Shown here: positions 1 to 11,164 of the stretch, piece after piece
Position numbering within the stretch: position 1 is the stretch's first letter
How the letters are laid out: each line of letters begins with the position of its first letter
From: an uncultured Planctomycetia bacterium
GTDB taxonomy: Bacteria; Omnitrophota; Gorgyraeia; Gorgyraeales; Gorgyraeaceae
Assembly (NCBI GenBank): GCA_964652265.1
Contig: CAZZAL010000002.1
Span: 33,426-97,425 of the forward strand
Reading direction: 5' to 3'
Length of the DNA: 64,000 bases
Notes under the pieces: model-generated
What the model was told of the DNA's origin: nothing
What the model saw: the letters and a program-made list of their open reading frames with translations, nothing else
Databases searched by the model: none
Made by a program: the position numbers and the translations under genes

Positions 1-81
1 TCAGGTTACTTCTTTACTGGAAAAGATATTAGGAAACAGGCGGAGGGAAAAGGGAGTTATTGTAACAGTTAACGTCGATCC

Positions 82-459
82 TTAGTAGAGAAATTCCCAG
101 TTGCCAGACAGGGAGCCTGCCTGATTCATTGATATGGTTTGTCCTGAGCGGAGGCCTCCAGCTCTAGTAGCAGTAGCAGTGAAGGTTGTAAGGGTAGGAG
201 CGCTAATCGTAATGGCCCAATACGTCTGCGGCAGGCTTATATCCAGATCCTCTAAGTTAGTCGTGTAATATTCGTTTTCTGCAAAAAATATCTTTTCACC
301 TGTCTGGATATGGCCCAGGCCTGCCCTTGCTTCAACGCCCTTTGCTTTTTCAATGCTATCCGCGAATTGAGGTACGCCTATTGAAGCAAGAATGCCAATG
401 ATTATAACGACTATAAGTACTTCTACTAAAGTAAAGCCTTTTTTATCCAATGTTTTCAT
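82..459 (-). CDS. Type IV pilin / T2SS pseudopilin-like protein (prepilin-type N-terminal cleavage/methylation domain)
   Basis: Translation begins MKTLDKKG|FTLVEVLIVVIIIGILASIGVPQF: a short basic leader ending in Gly, then Phe+1, Glu+5 and a hydrophobic helix, which is the classic class III signal. The ORF track starts at 507. I prefer the internal Met at 459 because it gives the canonical short leader and removes the overlap with the upstream TPR gene. Confidence 0.8.
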   Translation of the reverse strand: MKTLDKKGFTLVEVLIVVIIIGILASIGVPQFADSIEKAKGVEARAGLGHIQTGEKIFFAENEYYTTNLEDLDISLPQTYWAITISAPTLTTFTATATRAGGLRSGQTISMNQAGSLSGNWEFLY

Positions 460-469
460 AATAGTGAGT

Positions 470-1075
470 TTATTGATTAAATTCACGCTGTATCGTGCCA
501 AGGGCATCCAGGTTTTTGAGGGCCTTTAATGCTTCTGTGTCGCCTGGATCTATCTTAAGGGCGGCATCGTAATTGGACTTGGCGTTTTTATAGTCTTCTT
601 TTTTTAGATAGACCTCACCCAATTTTTTCAAGACGCTTGTATCATTTGGGTTTATAGATTTTGCTTCTTCAAGATTTTGGATCGAGTGAGGAGTAAACCC
701 TTTTTTATAGAGCACATCAGCTATTTTTTTCAGGGTTTCAGTATCATTTGGATTAGAAGAGAGGATCTTTTCTAACCTTTCAAGGGCTCCGGAGATATTG
801 CCTTTTTTTAGCATGGATTCAGCAGAAAATGTACCAAAGAGCCTGTTGACATAATTGATAGCATTTGTGATAAAAGAAGCATCGGTCTCGCCGACCTTAT
901 TTTTTAATGATAGATGCAGGTAGTGCCGGGCCTGAAGATGGTCGTATTTTGACGATACGATCTGAGAAAAGATCTCGATGGCGTAGTCATAATTCTTTTT
1001 TTCAAGCGCCAGAATTCCTTTATTGTAAAATTCTTTTAGATCTTGCTCGCTTATTCCGTTTGTCATATAGCACAA
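470..1075 (-). CDS. TPR repeat protein
   Basis: 201 aa with repeated TPR-like helices (YDYAIEIFSQIV, GALERLEKILSSNPNDTETLKKIADVLYKKG, YKNAKSNYDAALKIDPGDTEAL). It lies immediately upstream of the pilin on the same strand. Confidence 0.7.
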   Translation of the reverse strand: MCYMTNGISEQDLKEFYNKGILALEKKNYDYAIEIFSQIVSSKYDHLQARHYLHLSLKNKVGETDASFITNAINYVNRLFGTFSAESMLKKGNISGALERLEKILSSNPNDTETLKKIADVLYKKGFTPHSIQNLEEAKSINPNDTSVLKKLGEVYLKKEDYKNAKSNYDAALKIDPGDTEALKALKNLDALGTIQREFNQ

Positions 1076-1096
1076 GTTTACAGCAAGGTTATCTCG

Positions 1097-1125
1097 TTGT
1101 CAAGATGGAAGGAATATGTTAAAAT
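1097..1125 (+). promoter_or_regulatory. Putative sigma70-type promoter of def-fmt (near-leaderless)
   Basis: TTGTCA (1097-1102), 17 nt spacer, TGtTAAAAT (hexamer 1120-1125). The def ATG at 1135 is only 9 nt after the -10 and there is no GGAG-like element in between. Confidence 0.45.
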
Positions 1126-1134
1126 AACTAAGTT

Positions 1135-1644
1135 ATGAGGAAATTACAAATCAGGGTATATCCGGATAAGATATTAAGAAAAAAGGCCGCGGTAGTGAAG
1201 GCTATAGGAGACCATGAGCGTAAAATGGCTTCTCTTATGATAGAGGCCATGCGCGCTTCAGATGGCATTGGTCTGGCAGCTCCGCAGGTAGGCATCAGTA
1301 AGCGTATTATAGTCATAGAGGATGTTGAAAATAAAAATAATGGCCTGCCGTATGTATTTTTTAATCCCAAGATACTTAAGAAAAAAGGCAGATGCAGTTT
1401 TTGCGAGGGGTGTTTGAGCGTGGTGGATGTGACTAGTGATATCTCAAGGCCAGAGTTAGTCCTTGTAGAGGCGCTTGATCAGGACGGAAAGCGAGTCAAG
1501 ATAGATACAGGCGGGATTTTAGCCAGGATCTTGCAACATGAGATAGACCATCTGGACGGCATCCTTTTTATAGACCGTATAGGTTTTTTAAAGCGGAAAA
1601 GGATCTTAAAAAATATTTCTTCAAAGGTCTGTACAAAGTTATGA
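1135..1644 (+). CDS. def: Peptide deformylase
   Basis: GIGLAAPQVG, EGCLSV and HEIDHLDG metal-binding motifs; 169 aa. Confidence 0.95.
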   Translation: MRKLQIRVYPDKILRKKAAVVKAIGDHERKMASLMIEAMRASDGIGLAAPQVGISKRIIVIEDVENKNNGLPYVFFNPKILKKKGRCSFCEGCLSVVDVTSDISRPELVLVEALDQDGKRVKIDTGGILARILQHEIDHLDGILFIDRIGFLKRKRILKNISSKVCTKL

Positions 1645-2573
1645 AAATAATATTTTTTGGAAGTTCTGAATTTGCAGTGCCTGTATTAGAGGCCTTAAAG
1701 GCAAGCGAAGAGGTCAGCCTTGTCGTTACCCAGCCAGATAGAAAAAAAGGCAGGTCCCTTAAGCTTACCCCTACGCCTGTAAAAGAGGCAGCTATTAGAT
1801 TAGGCATAAAGACTTTTCAGCCGGATAGTGTAAATACCAGGGATTCAATAGAATATCTAAAGAAGTCCAATGCTGACATATTTATTGTCGTAAGCTTTGG
1901 CCAGATCTTATCAGGAGAAATACTGGTCCTGCCCAAGTTATATTCGCTTAACGTGCATGCCTCGCTCCTTCCAAAGTATCGCGGGGCAGCTCCGATAAAC
2001 CAGGCTATTGCAGGTGGCGAAAAGGAAACAGGCGTCAGTATTATAAAAATGGATGAACGGATGGACGAAGGTGAGATAGCTTTGAAAGAGGCAATCGCGA
2101 TAGATAAAAGAGACGATGCGATTACTCTTTCAGAAAAGCTTTCAAAAAAAGGGGCTGAACTTTTATTAAAAGCAGTAGATTTAAGCAAGAGTAAAAAAAT
2201 AAATTTCCTCAGACAAGATGATACGCTCGCGACTTATGCGCCTAAACTCAAGAAAGAAGATGGGCTTATTGACTGGTCTTTAAGCGCAGATGAGATTTAT
2301 AACAGGATCCGGGCGTACCTACCATGGCCAGGTTGCTTTACACACTGGAATGAAAAGATCCTTAAGATATGGAAGGCAACACCCGTAGAGACTACTGATT
2401 CAGGCTCAAAGCCAGGCACGGTTTTAGAGGTCAGAAAAGGCAATATCATTGTAAATACTGGTAAGGGTGCAGTTGCCATAGAGGAGATTCAATTGCAAGG
2501 CAAGCGCCGCATGAAAGTCGAGGAATTCATCGCGGGTCACAAGGATATGTTGTCGGGTATCAGTTTTTACTAA
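1641..2573 (+). CDS. fmt: Methionyl-tRNA formyltransferase
   Basis: ATGA overlap with def. N-terminal MKIIFFGSSEFAVP, then NVHASLLPKYRGAAPI formyltransferase core and a C-terminal Fmt domain; 310 aa. Confidence 0.95.
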   Translation: MKIIFFGSSEFAVPVLEALKASEEVSLVVTQPDRKKGRSLKLTPTPVKEAAIRLGIKTFQPDSVNTRDSIEYLKKSNADIFIVVSFGQILSGEILVLPKLYSLNVHASLLPKYRGAAPINQAIAGGEKETGVSIIKMDERMDEGEIALKEAIAIDKRDDAITLSEKLSKKGAELLLKAVDLSKSKKINFLRQDDTLATYAPKLKKEDGLIDWSLSADEIYNRIRAYLPWPGCFTHWNEKILKIWKATPVETTDSGSKPGTVLEVRKGNIIVNTGKGAVAIEEIQLQGKRRMKVEEFIAGHKDMLSGISFY

Positions 2574-2589
2574 CTTGATGTTTTTGGTA

Positions 2590-2618
2590 TTGTCAAAGTC
2601 GTCAAGCTAAGGTATAAT
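2590..2618 (+). promoter_or_regulatory. Putative sigma70-type promoter of the GalT-like/gap/glgA operon
   Basis: TTGTCA (2590-2595), 17 nt spacer, TATAAT (2613-2618). The ATG at 2630 is 11 nt after the -10 with no SD. The -35 lies inside the 13-mer GTTTTTGGTATTG (2580-2592), which recurs at 16633-16645. Confidence 0.5.
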
Positions 2619-2629
2619 CACATCTTAAT

Positions 2630-3658
2630 ATGCCAGAGTTAAGAAGAGATCCTATAATCGGAAGATGGGTAATAATCTCGGTTGAGAGGGCAAAAAGACC
2701 GACTGACTTTAAGATCTCTCATATAAAGGAGGCAGAAGGCGTGTGTCCGTTTTGCGAGGGGCATGAGAAAGATACGCTTCCAGAGGTCTATGCGATCAGA
2801 AAGCGGAGCTCAAAAAAAGATGGACCTGGCTGGAATGTCAGGGTGGTGCCGAGTATATCCGAGAGATTAGATGTAAGTTATAGCCTGGATAGACGCGGTG
2901 TCGGCATGTATGATGTGATGGATCCTATCGGGGCACATGAGGTAATAATAGAGTCGCCAAAGCATTTCGCAGATATCCATGAATTGCCTGCGAAACAAAT
3001 AGAGAATGTGATAAATGCGAGTTCCAAAAGGATTACAGAGTTAGGAAAAGACCAGCGCCTTAAATATTGCCTGCTTTTTAAGAATCACGGATTAAGGGCA
3101 GGGGGTTCAAAGGCCACAAAGCACGTACGATCTCAGATCATAGCTACGCCTGTCACGCCTACAAGGGTCAAGGAAGAGCTCAGGGGAGCCAGGTTTTATT
3201 ATAAATATAAAGAGCGGTGCATATTCTGTGATTTGTTGAGGCAGGAGTTTGACAATGCCAGCCGCATTGTCATGGATACAAAGACTATTGTGGCTATCGC
3301 GCCGTTTGCCTCAAGGTTTCCTTTTGAGGTGTGGATATTGCCGAAAAAACATTGTTCAGATTTCAGGGATATTGGAAGGGCTGAGGTGAGGGACCTCGCA
3401 ATTGTATTTAAAAGATTATTCGGAAAGCTCTCAAAAGCACTTAATGACCCGCCGTATAATTATATGTTGCATACTGTGCCTTTCAGACACGCAAAAAGAC
3501 CTGGCTACTGGCATACTATAAAAGAAGACTATCATTGGCACATAGAAGTTACACCGCGTATAACGCATATAGCGGGTTTTGAATGGGGTTCGGGATTTTA
3601 TATAAACTCAATGCCTCCTGAGGAGGCAGCAAGATATCTGCGGGAGACAAAACTTTAG
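2630..3658 (+). CDS. GalT-like (HIT superfamily, hexose-1-phosphate nucleotidyltransferase / ADP-glucose phosphorylase-like) paralog with degenerate active site
   Basis: CPFCEGHE zinc knuckle, GAHEVIIESP and C-terminal HWHIEVTPR...GFEWGSGFYIN are as in GalT-family proteins. The HxHxQ position reads KHVRSQ (His 3122-3124, Arg 3128-3130), and the NKFPAL position reads SISERL. Confidence 0.8.
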   Translation: MPELRRDPIIGRWVIISVERAKRPTDFKISHIKEAEGVCPFCEGHEKDTLPEVYAIRKRSSKKDGPGWNVRVVPSISERLDVSYSLDRRGVGMYDVMDPIGAHEVIIESPKHFADIHELPAKQIENVINASSKRITELGKDQRLKYCLLFKNHGLRAGGSKATKHVRSQIIATPVTPTRVKEELRGARFYYKYKERCIFCDLLRQEFDNASRIVMDTKTIVAIAPFASRFPFEVWILPKKHCSDFRDIGRAEVRDLAIVFKRLFGKLSKALNDPPYNYMLHTVPFRHAKRPGYWHTIKEDYHWHIEVTPRITHIAGFEWGSGFYINSMPPEEAARYLRETKL

Positions 3659-5672
<2,014 letters not shown>

Positions 5673-5693
5673 ATAAAATGGTGTCGCGCACTA

Positions 5694-7121
5694 GTGCGTG
5701 GCACCGATCCATTTGTGAACATACTATTTGTTTCCTCAGAGGTTTTTCCTTTTGCAAAGACAGGGGGTCTAGCAGATGTTGCCGGGGCCTTACCTCAAGC
5801 ACTTAGCAAAAGAGGACATAACTGCAGCGTAATCCTGCCACTTTATAAATCTGTCAGAGAGAATGGTTTTTCCCCTGAACTTTTGAAGAAAGAAAAGGAT
5901 TTTAACCTGTATTTTTTAAAACAGGGCAGTGTAGATGTATATTTCATAGAGAAAGACGAATATTACAATCGGGATCAGCTCTATGGAACCCCTCAAGGTG
6001 ATTATCCGGATAATGCATTGCGCTTTGGGTTTTTCGCAAAGGCCGTGATAGCATCGTTCGTCCATATAGGTAATGTGGATATCTTGCATTGCAATGACTG
6101 GCAGTCAGCCCTTATCCCGCTTTACGTAAGACTTTTTCATAAAGAAGATCCCGGGTTCAAATCTAGGAAGATAATCTTTACAATACATAACATGGCGTAC
6201 CAGGGGCTTTTTGGAAAAGAGGTCATGGATGAGCTGGATATTCCCAGAAGCTTATTTACCATGCACAAGCTCGAGTTTTGGGGCAGACTTAATTTTATGA
6301 AAGCCGGTATAATCTATTCAGACGCTGTAACTACTGTAAGCAAAGGCTACGCCAGCGAGATTTTGACACCTGAATTCGGATGCGGACTTGACGGACTTTT
6401 AAAGACAAGAAAAAAGGATCTCCATGGGATACTTAACGGCGCAGATTATTCTATATGGAATCCTAAAACAGATAGATTTATAAAGACCAAGTACTCCAAG
6501 GAGGATCTGGACGGAAAAATCGAGTGCAAAAAAGACCTCGTGAAAGACTTCGGCATAAAATACGATAAAGACCGTCCTCTTATTGGCATGATAACAAGAC
6601 TTGCTGAACAAAAGGGCATTGACCTTGTTGCCGATGCAATGGAGGAGATGATCAGGGTGGGCGTTGATTTTGTGCTCCTGGGGTTTGGCGATGAAAAATA
6701 CAATAATATATTCAGGGATCTTGCAGCCAGGCACAAGGGACACGTAGGCGCAAAGATAGATTTTGATAATGCGCTTGCTCATAAAATAGAGGCAGGTGCA
6801 GATATGTTTCTTATGCCGTCGAGATATGAACCGTGCGGCCTAAACCAGTTGTATAGTTTTAAATATGCTACAGTCCCTGTTGTGAGGGCAGTCGGGGGTC
6901 TGGATGATACTGTTATGAATTTCAATTCTTCCGCAAAAGAAGGCAATGGTTTTAAATTTAGAGATGCCACTGCCTGTGCACTCTTGGGAGCTATTAAGGA
7001 AGCCTGCAGCGTTTTTAAAGATAAAGAGCTATGGACAGCACTTCTATATAATGGCCTATCTTGTGATTATTCCTGGAATTCATCCGCAGAGAAATACGAA
7101 AACCTGTACAATAAATTGTAA
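5694..7121 (+). CDS. glgA: Glycogen/starch synthase (GT5, ADP-glucose type)
   Basis: FAKTGGLADVAGALP (KTGGL motif), HCNDWQSAL, PSRYEPCGLNQLY. The start is uncertain: GTG at 5694 or in-frame GTG at 5715 (VNILFVSSE...). Confidence 0.9.
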   Translation: MRGTDPFVNILFVSSEVFPFAKTGGLADVAGALPQALSKRGHNCSVILPLYKSVRENGFSPELLKKEKDFNLYFLKQGSVDVYFIEKDEYYNRDQLYGTPQGDYPDNALRFGFFAKAVIASFVHIGNVDILHCNDWQSALIPLYVRLFHKEDPGFKSRKIIFTIHNMAYQGLFGKEVMDELDIPRSLFTMHKLEFWGRLNFMKAGIIYSDAVTTVSKGYASEILTPEFGCGLDGLLKTRKKDLHGILNGADYSIWNPKTDRFIKTKYSKEDLDGKIECKKDLVKDFGIKYDKDRPLIGMITRLAEQKGIDLVADAMEEMIRVGVDFVLLGFGDEKYNNIFRDLAARHKGHVGAKIDFDNALAHKIEAGADMFLMPSRYEPCGLNQLYSFKYATVPVVRAVGGLDDTVMNFNSSAKEGNGFKFRDATACALLGAIKEACSVFKDKELWTALLYNGLSCDYSWNSSAEKYENLYNKL

Positions 7122-7135
7122 TGCAAAAATAGCAT

Positions 7136-9067
7136 ATGAATAAGATCAGTTTTGCAATGGGCCTTCATTTTCACCAGCCTGTTGGAAATTTTGGCGAGAT
7201 CCTTGAACGTTCCTACCGCAATTGCTATAAACCTTTCCTGGAGGTATTTTCTAAATATCCCGAGGCAAGGATGACATTTCATTTGTCAGGCAATCTCCTG
7301 GATTATTTCCAAGACTTTCATCCCGAATTTTTAGATAAGGTAAAGGCGTTGGTCGACAGCGGTCGGGTAGAGATCATGGGCGGAGGATATTACGAGCCTA
7401 TTTTTCAGGCGATACCAAGGCGCGACAGGATCGGCCAGGTACAGATGCTCTCCGATTATTGTAAAAATAGATTCGGAAGGAGACCTTTAGGCATGTGGAT
7501 GCCTGAACGGGTGTGGTCTCCCGAGCTTATAGGAGACCTCTATAGCTGTGGCGTAAAATATACTGTTTTAGATGATGCACATCTTATGAAGGCCGGGGTG
7601 AGCGAGAGAGAACTTTGTAGCTATTTTACGACATCTCATGAAGGAAGTAGGTTAGCGATTTTTCCTTCAAGTAAGACCTTGCGATATAGTATTCCTTTTA
7701 AGGCCCCTCGTCAAATAATAGATTATTTTAAAAAGATAGCCAAAGACAAAGAATACGTTTTGTTTACATATGGCGATGACGTTGAGAAATTCGGGGAATG
7801 GCCGTGGACGCATGATTGGGTTTACAGGAAAGGTTGGCTTGATAATTTTTTTAAGGAATTGACTAAAAATAGACACTGGATAGAACTGGTTACGTTTTCT
7901 GAATACATGGATTCTCATCCTCCAAAAAGAGACATATCTATTCCAGAGACCTCTTATGAAGAGATGCTAGAATGGTCCGAAGGCTCATGGATGAATTTTT
8001 TATCAAAATATCCTGAGTCAAACCAGATGCACAAAAGGATGTTGTACGTGAGCCGTAAGATTAACGAGGTCGAGGTCCCAGAATTTACAGAAAAACTGAA
8101 AGAAGCCAGGAAAGAGTTATACAAGGCCCAGACTAATTGTGCCTACTGGCATGGCGTGTTCGGTGGTATTTATCTTTATCATTTAAGGAGTGCAGTCTAT
8201 GAGCATCTTATAAATGCAGACAGGATCATCGATAAGATAGAACACAAGCCTCAGGAAGACTGGAAAGAGGCCAGGAGAGTCGATCTTTATAAGAATGGAG
8301 AGGATTCCATAGTTTGTGAGAGTAAAGATTTTTTCATGAGCATAGATCCTGGATGCGGCGGTATCATAAGGGAGCTTGATTACAAACCTGAATCTATTAA
8401 TCTAGTAAATACACTTGCCAGACGCAGGGAGTCTTATCATAGGAAAGCAATAGAGAAGCTTAATAACAGGATTACCTCGTCCCTTAAGATTTATGAGGCG
8501 ATTAAATCCGTGGATAAAAGGATAAAAAGAGGCATCTTTTACGATAGGTACTTACGTTCATGCCTCGTAGATCATTTTATAGATAGGGATTTAGAGAAGA
8601 GAGATTTCGCAGATTGTAATTATACTGATTCAGGGGATTTTGCAGATGGTATGTATGCTGTTAGTTTGAAAGACAAGAAGGTAATATTAGAACGGGAAGG
8701 TAAAGTCTCAGGTACGCCGGTGTTTATCAGAAAAGAGATATGTATTTATTCAGAGAAAGAGATAGGAATCTTATACACCATTAAAAATAAGGGTACCGAT
8801 AAATTGAATGTTTATTTTGGGACAGAATTTAATGTAACGATGCCGGGTGCTGAATCAAGCGAGGTTCTTGGGTTTTCCACAGAACCTGAAAAGATATGGA
8901 ATTTTCCTGTGGAGACTGTCTCACAGTCAGAGCGTTCATATGATATGAATTACCAGTCTACCTGTATATTTCCGATCTGGCATATAGGACTTGGTGCTGG
9001 GGAAGAGAAGAGGATAGATATAAGTTGGAGGATGCTTGTCCAAGGCTTGGCCTTGAAAGAGACATGA
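7136..9067 (+). CDS. GH57 family glycoside hydrolase (4-alpha-glucanotransferase / alpha-amylase type)
   Basis: FAMGLHFHQPVGNF, WMPERVW (nucleophile Glu region) and YGDDVEKFGEW (acid/base Asp region) follow the GH57 pattern known from Thermococcus litoralis 4-alpha-glucanotransferase. The size, 643 aa, is similar. Confidence 0.85.
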   Translation: MNKISFAMGLHFHQPVGNFGEILERSYRNCYKPFLEVFSKYPEARMTFHLSGNLLDYFQDFHPEFLDKVKALVDSGRVEIMGGGYYEPIFQAIPRRDRIGQVQMLSDYCKNRFGRRPLGMWMPERVWSPELIGDLYSCGVKYTVLDDAHLMKAGVSERELCSYFTTSHEGSRLAIFPSSKTLRYSIPFKAPRQIIDYFKKIAKDKEYVLFTYGDDVEKFGEWPWTHDWVYRKGWLDNFFKELTKNRHWIELVTFSEYMDSHPPKRDISIPETSYEEMLEWSEGSWMNFLSKYPESNQMHKRMLYVSRKINEVEVPEFTEKLKEARKELYKAQTNCAYWHGVFGGIYLYHLRSAVYEHLINADRIIDKIEHKPQEDWKEARRVDLYKNGEDSIVCESKDFFMSIDPGCGGIIRELDYKPESINLVNTLARRRESYHRKAIEKLNNRITSSLKIYEAIKSVDKRIKRGIFYDRYLRSCLVDHFIDRDLEKRDFADCNYTDSGDFADGMYAVSLKDKKVILEREGKVSGTPVFIRKEICIYSEKEIGILYTIKNKGTDKLNVYFGTEFNVTMPGAESSEVLGFSTEPEKIWNFPVETVSQSERSYDMNYQSTCIFPIWHIGLGAGEEKRIDISWRMLVQGLALKET

Positions 9068-9077
9068 GATTTTTCAG

Positions 9078-9106
9078 TTGCATACAGTACATATTTATGC
9101 TATATA
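9078..9106 (+). promoter_or_regulatory. Possible internal promoter upstream of pgk
   Basis: TTGCAT (9078-9083), 17 nt spacer, TGcTATATA (hexamer 9101-9106) in the 71-nt GH57-pgk spacer. The pgk RBS GGAGG follows. Confidence 0.35.
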
Positions 9107-9138
9107 TAATATCTTATTAGGTGTGGAGGTATTGATTA

Positions 9139-10323
9139 ATGGATAAAAAGACCATAAAGGACATTGATATTAAGGGTAAGCGGGTTCTCATGAGGGTGGA
9201 TTTTAATGTTCCTCTTAATAAGGACCTGGAGATCACGAGTGATGCAAGGATAAAAGCAGCCATACCTACGATAAAGTATGCGCTTGATTCTGGGGCAAGG
9301 CTTATTTTGATGAGCCATCTTGGAAGGCCCAAGGGCAAGGTGGAAGATGGCATGAGACTTACCCCTGTCAGCGAGAGGCTTTCAGAGCTCCTGAGTAGAG
9401 AAGTCATAAAGTTAGATGAATGTATCGGCCCTAAGGTAAAAAAGGTAGTCTCTGGTATAAAGGATGGCGAGGTCGTACTTCTTGAGAACCTGAGGTTTCA
9501 TGCTGAAGAGACAAAGAACGATACTAGTTTTGCGAAAGAACTTGCAACTCTCGGTGAAGTATATGTGAATGATGCTTTTGGTACTGCGCATCGTGCACAT
9601 GCATCCACAGAAGGTGTGACTAAATTTTTAAAGGTAGCGGTTGCAGGATTTTTACTTGGAAAAGAGATCGAATATTTTGAAAAGGCGCTTTCTGATCCGC
9701 CAAAGCCGTTTGTCGCGATACTGGGCGGGGCAAAGGTGTCTGACAAGATCACAGTAATAGAGAATCTTTTGGATAAGGTCAATGCATTGCTTATAGGCGG
9801 CGGTATGGCCTATACATTTATAAAAGCTGAAGGCAAAGAAATAGGCAATTCTAAATTAGAGCCTGATAAGCTGGATATTGCAAGGACATTAAAAGAAAAG
9901 GCAAGACGAAAAGGCGTGAAGATAGTGCTGCCCGTAGATCATTTGATTGCTGATAAGATAGACGCAGATTCTAGTACCAGGGTTGTGGACGAGACAATAC
10001 CTCAGAACTGGATGGGAGTTGATATTGGCCCCAAAAGCGTCGATGAATTTAAAAAGGAATTAAGGAATGCAAAGATGGTTATATGGAATGGTCCATTGGG
10101 TATTTTTGAGATATCGAAATTCGCAAGGGGGACAGAAGACATAGCCAGATTTGTTGCAGGACTTAAGGCGACTACGATTATAGGCGGAGGCGATACAGCG
10201 AGCGCTATTTCTAAGCTTGGCTTAGAGAGTTCCATGTCACATATCTCTACTGGAGGAGGCGCATCGCTTGAATATATGGAAGGTAAGCCACTTCCCGGAA
10301 TTGCTGCTTTGAATGACAAATAG
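9139..10323 (+). CDS. pgk: Phosphoglycerate kinase
   Basis: RVDFNVPL N-terminal motif, NDAFGTAHRAHAS, STGGGASLEY near the C-terminus; 394 aa. Confidence 0.95.
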   Translation: MDKKTIKDIDIKGKRVLMRVDFNVPLNKDLEITSDARIKAAIPTIKYALDSGARLILMSHLGRPKGKVEDGMRLTPVSERLSELLSREVIKLDECIGPKVKKVVSGIKDGEVVLLENLRFHAEETKNDTSFAKELATLGEVYVNDAFGTAHRAHASTEGVTKFLKVAVAGFLLGKEIEYFEKALSDPPKPFVAILGGAKVSDKITVIENLLDKVNALLIGGGMAYTFIKAEGKEIGNSKLEPDKLDIARTLKEKARRKGVKIVLPVDHLIADKIDADSSTRVVDETIPQNWMGVDIGPKSVDEFKKELRNAKMVIWNGPLGIFEISKFARGTEDIARFVAGLKATTIIGGGDTASAISKLGLESSMSHISTGGGASLEYMEGKPLPGIAALNDK

Positions 10324-10391
10324 ATGTATAACTTTAACCTGAGACTTTTGATGTCGCTGAGGAGGTTCAGGTTAGTATAGAGGAGTATAAG

Positions 10392-11150
10392 ATGCGTAGA
10401 CCGATTATTGCGGGAAATTGGAAGATGAATAAGACAGTACAGGATGCCGTAGATGTGGCTGTTGGGCTTAAAAGGAAATTTTATACATTTTCAGATGCAG
10501 ATATTGTAATAGTGCCTCCTTTTACAGCACTAGCCAAGGTACATGACGAGATTATAGACTCGAGTATTATGCTGGGCGCGCAGGATATGTACTGGGAGAC
10601 AGAAGGCGCCTTTACAGGAGAGGTTTCTCCTATGATGCTTAAGGATGCAGGATGCAGGTATGTGATAATCGGACATTCAGAAAGAAGGCATATTTTCGGG
10701 GAGACTGATGAGGAAGTGAATAAAAAAGTTCGCATAGCGTTAAAGCATGGCATGGTCCCTATAATGTGTGTAGGTGAGAAGCTAGAAGAAAGAGATACTG
10801 GCATGACGTTTGAGATCCTGGAGAAACAGCTTTCAAGAGGGTTAAAGGATATGCCTAAGGACGAGGTTGCGCGAATAGTTATTGCGTATGAACCAGTATG
10901 GGCAATAGGTACTGGCAGGACCGCTACCCCGCAACAAGCGCAAGAGGCGCATAAGTTTATCCGAGATTATATAGAACGTTCCTATAATAAAGAGACTTCT
11001 GTAAAGATAAGGATACAGTACGGAGGCAGTGTGAAGCCGGGGAATATAGCAAAATTGATGACACAGGAAGATGTTGATGGTGCGCTTGTAGGCGGAGCGA
11101 GCCTTGACGTGAATTCATTTACAGAGATCGTGCAGAACGCGGTATTATAA
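10392..11150 (+). CDS. tpiA: Triosephosphate isomerase
   Basis: IAGNWKMN, IIGHSERR, AYEPVWAIGTG and VGGASL motifs. Confidence 0.95.
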   Translation: MRRPIIAGNWKMNKTVQDAVDVAVGLKRKFYTFSDADIVIVPPFTALAKVHDEIIDSSIMLGAQDMYWETEGAFTGEVSPMMLKDAGCRYVIIGHSERRHIFGETDEEVNKKVRIALKHGMVPIMCVGEKLEERDTGMTFEILEKQLSRGLKDMPKDEVARIVIAYEPVWAIGTGRTATPQQAQEAHKFIRDYIERSYNKETSVKIRIQYGGSVKPGNIAKLMTQEDVDGALVGGASLDVNSFTEIVQNAVL

Positions 11151-11164
11151 GGAGGAGAGGTAAT

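Noticed and set aside
1-81. Possible additional gene or terminator downstream of the pilin on the minus strand
   Set aside because: The minus strand of these 81 nt has no ATG/GTG/TTG start, and I could find no convincing hairpin. The region is purine-rich on the plus strand (GGCGGAGGGAAAAGGGAG) and too short to interpret.
907-1370. Short ORFs 907-1122 (+) and 1128-1370 (-)
   Set aside because: They are antisense to the TPR gene and to def respectively. Both real genes have clear motifs, so these are shadows.
10335-10374. 9-bp hairpin (TAACCTGAG / TTCAGGTTA, including a G-U pair) in the pgk-tpiA spacer
   Set aside because: It has a 22-nt loop and no T tract, and tpiA has its own RBS immediately after it. 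It is too weak to call a terminator or riboswitch. It is possibly an mRNA processing/stability element, but that is not supportable from sequence alone.
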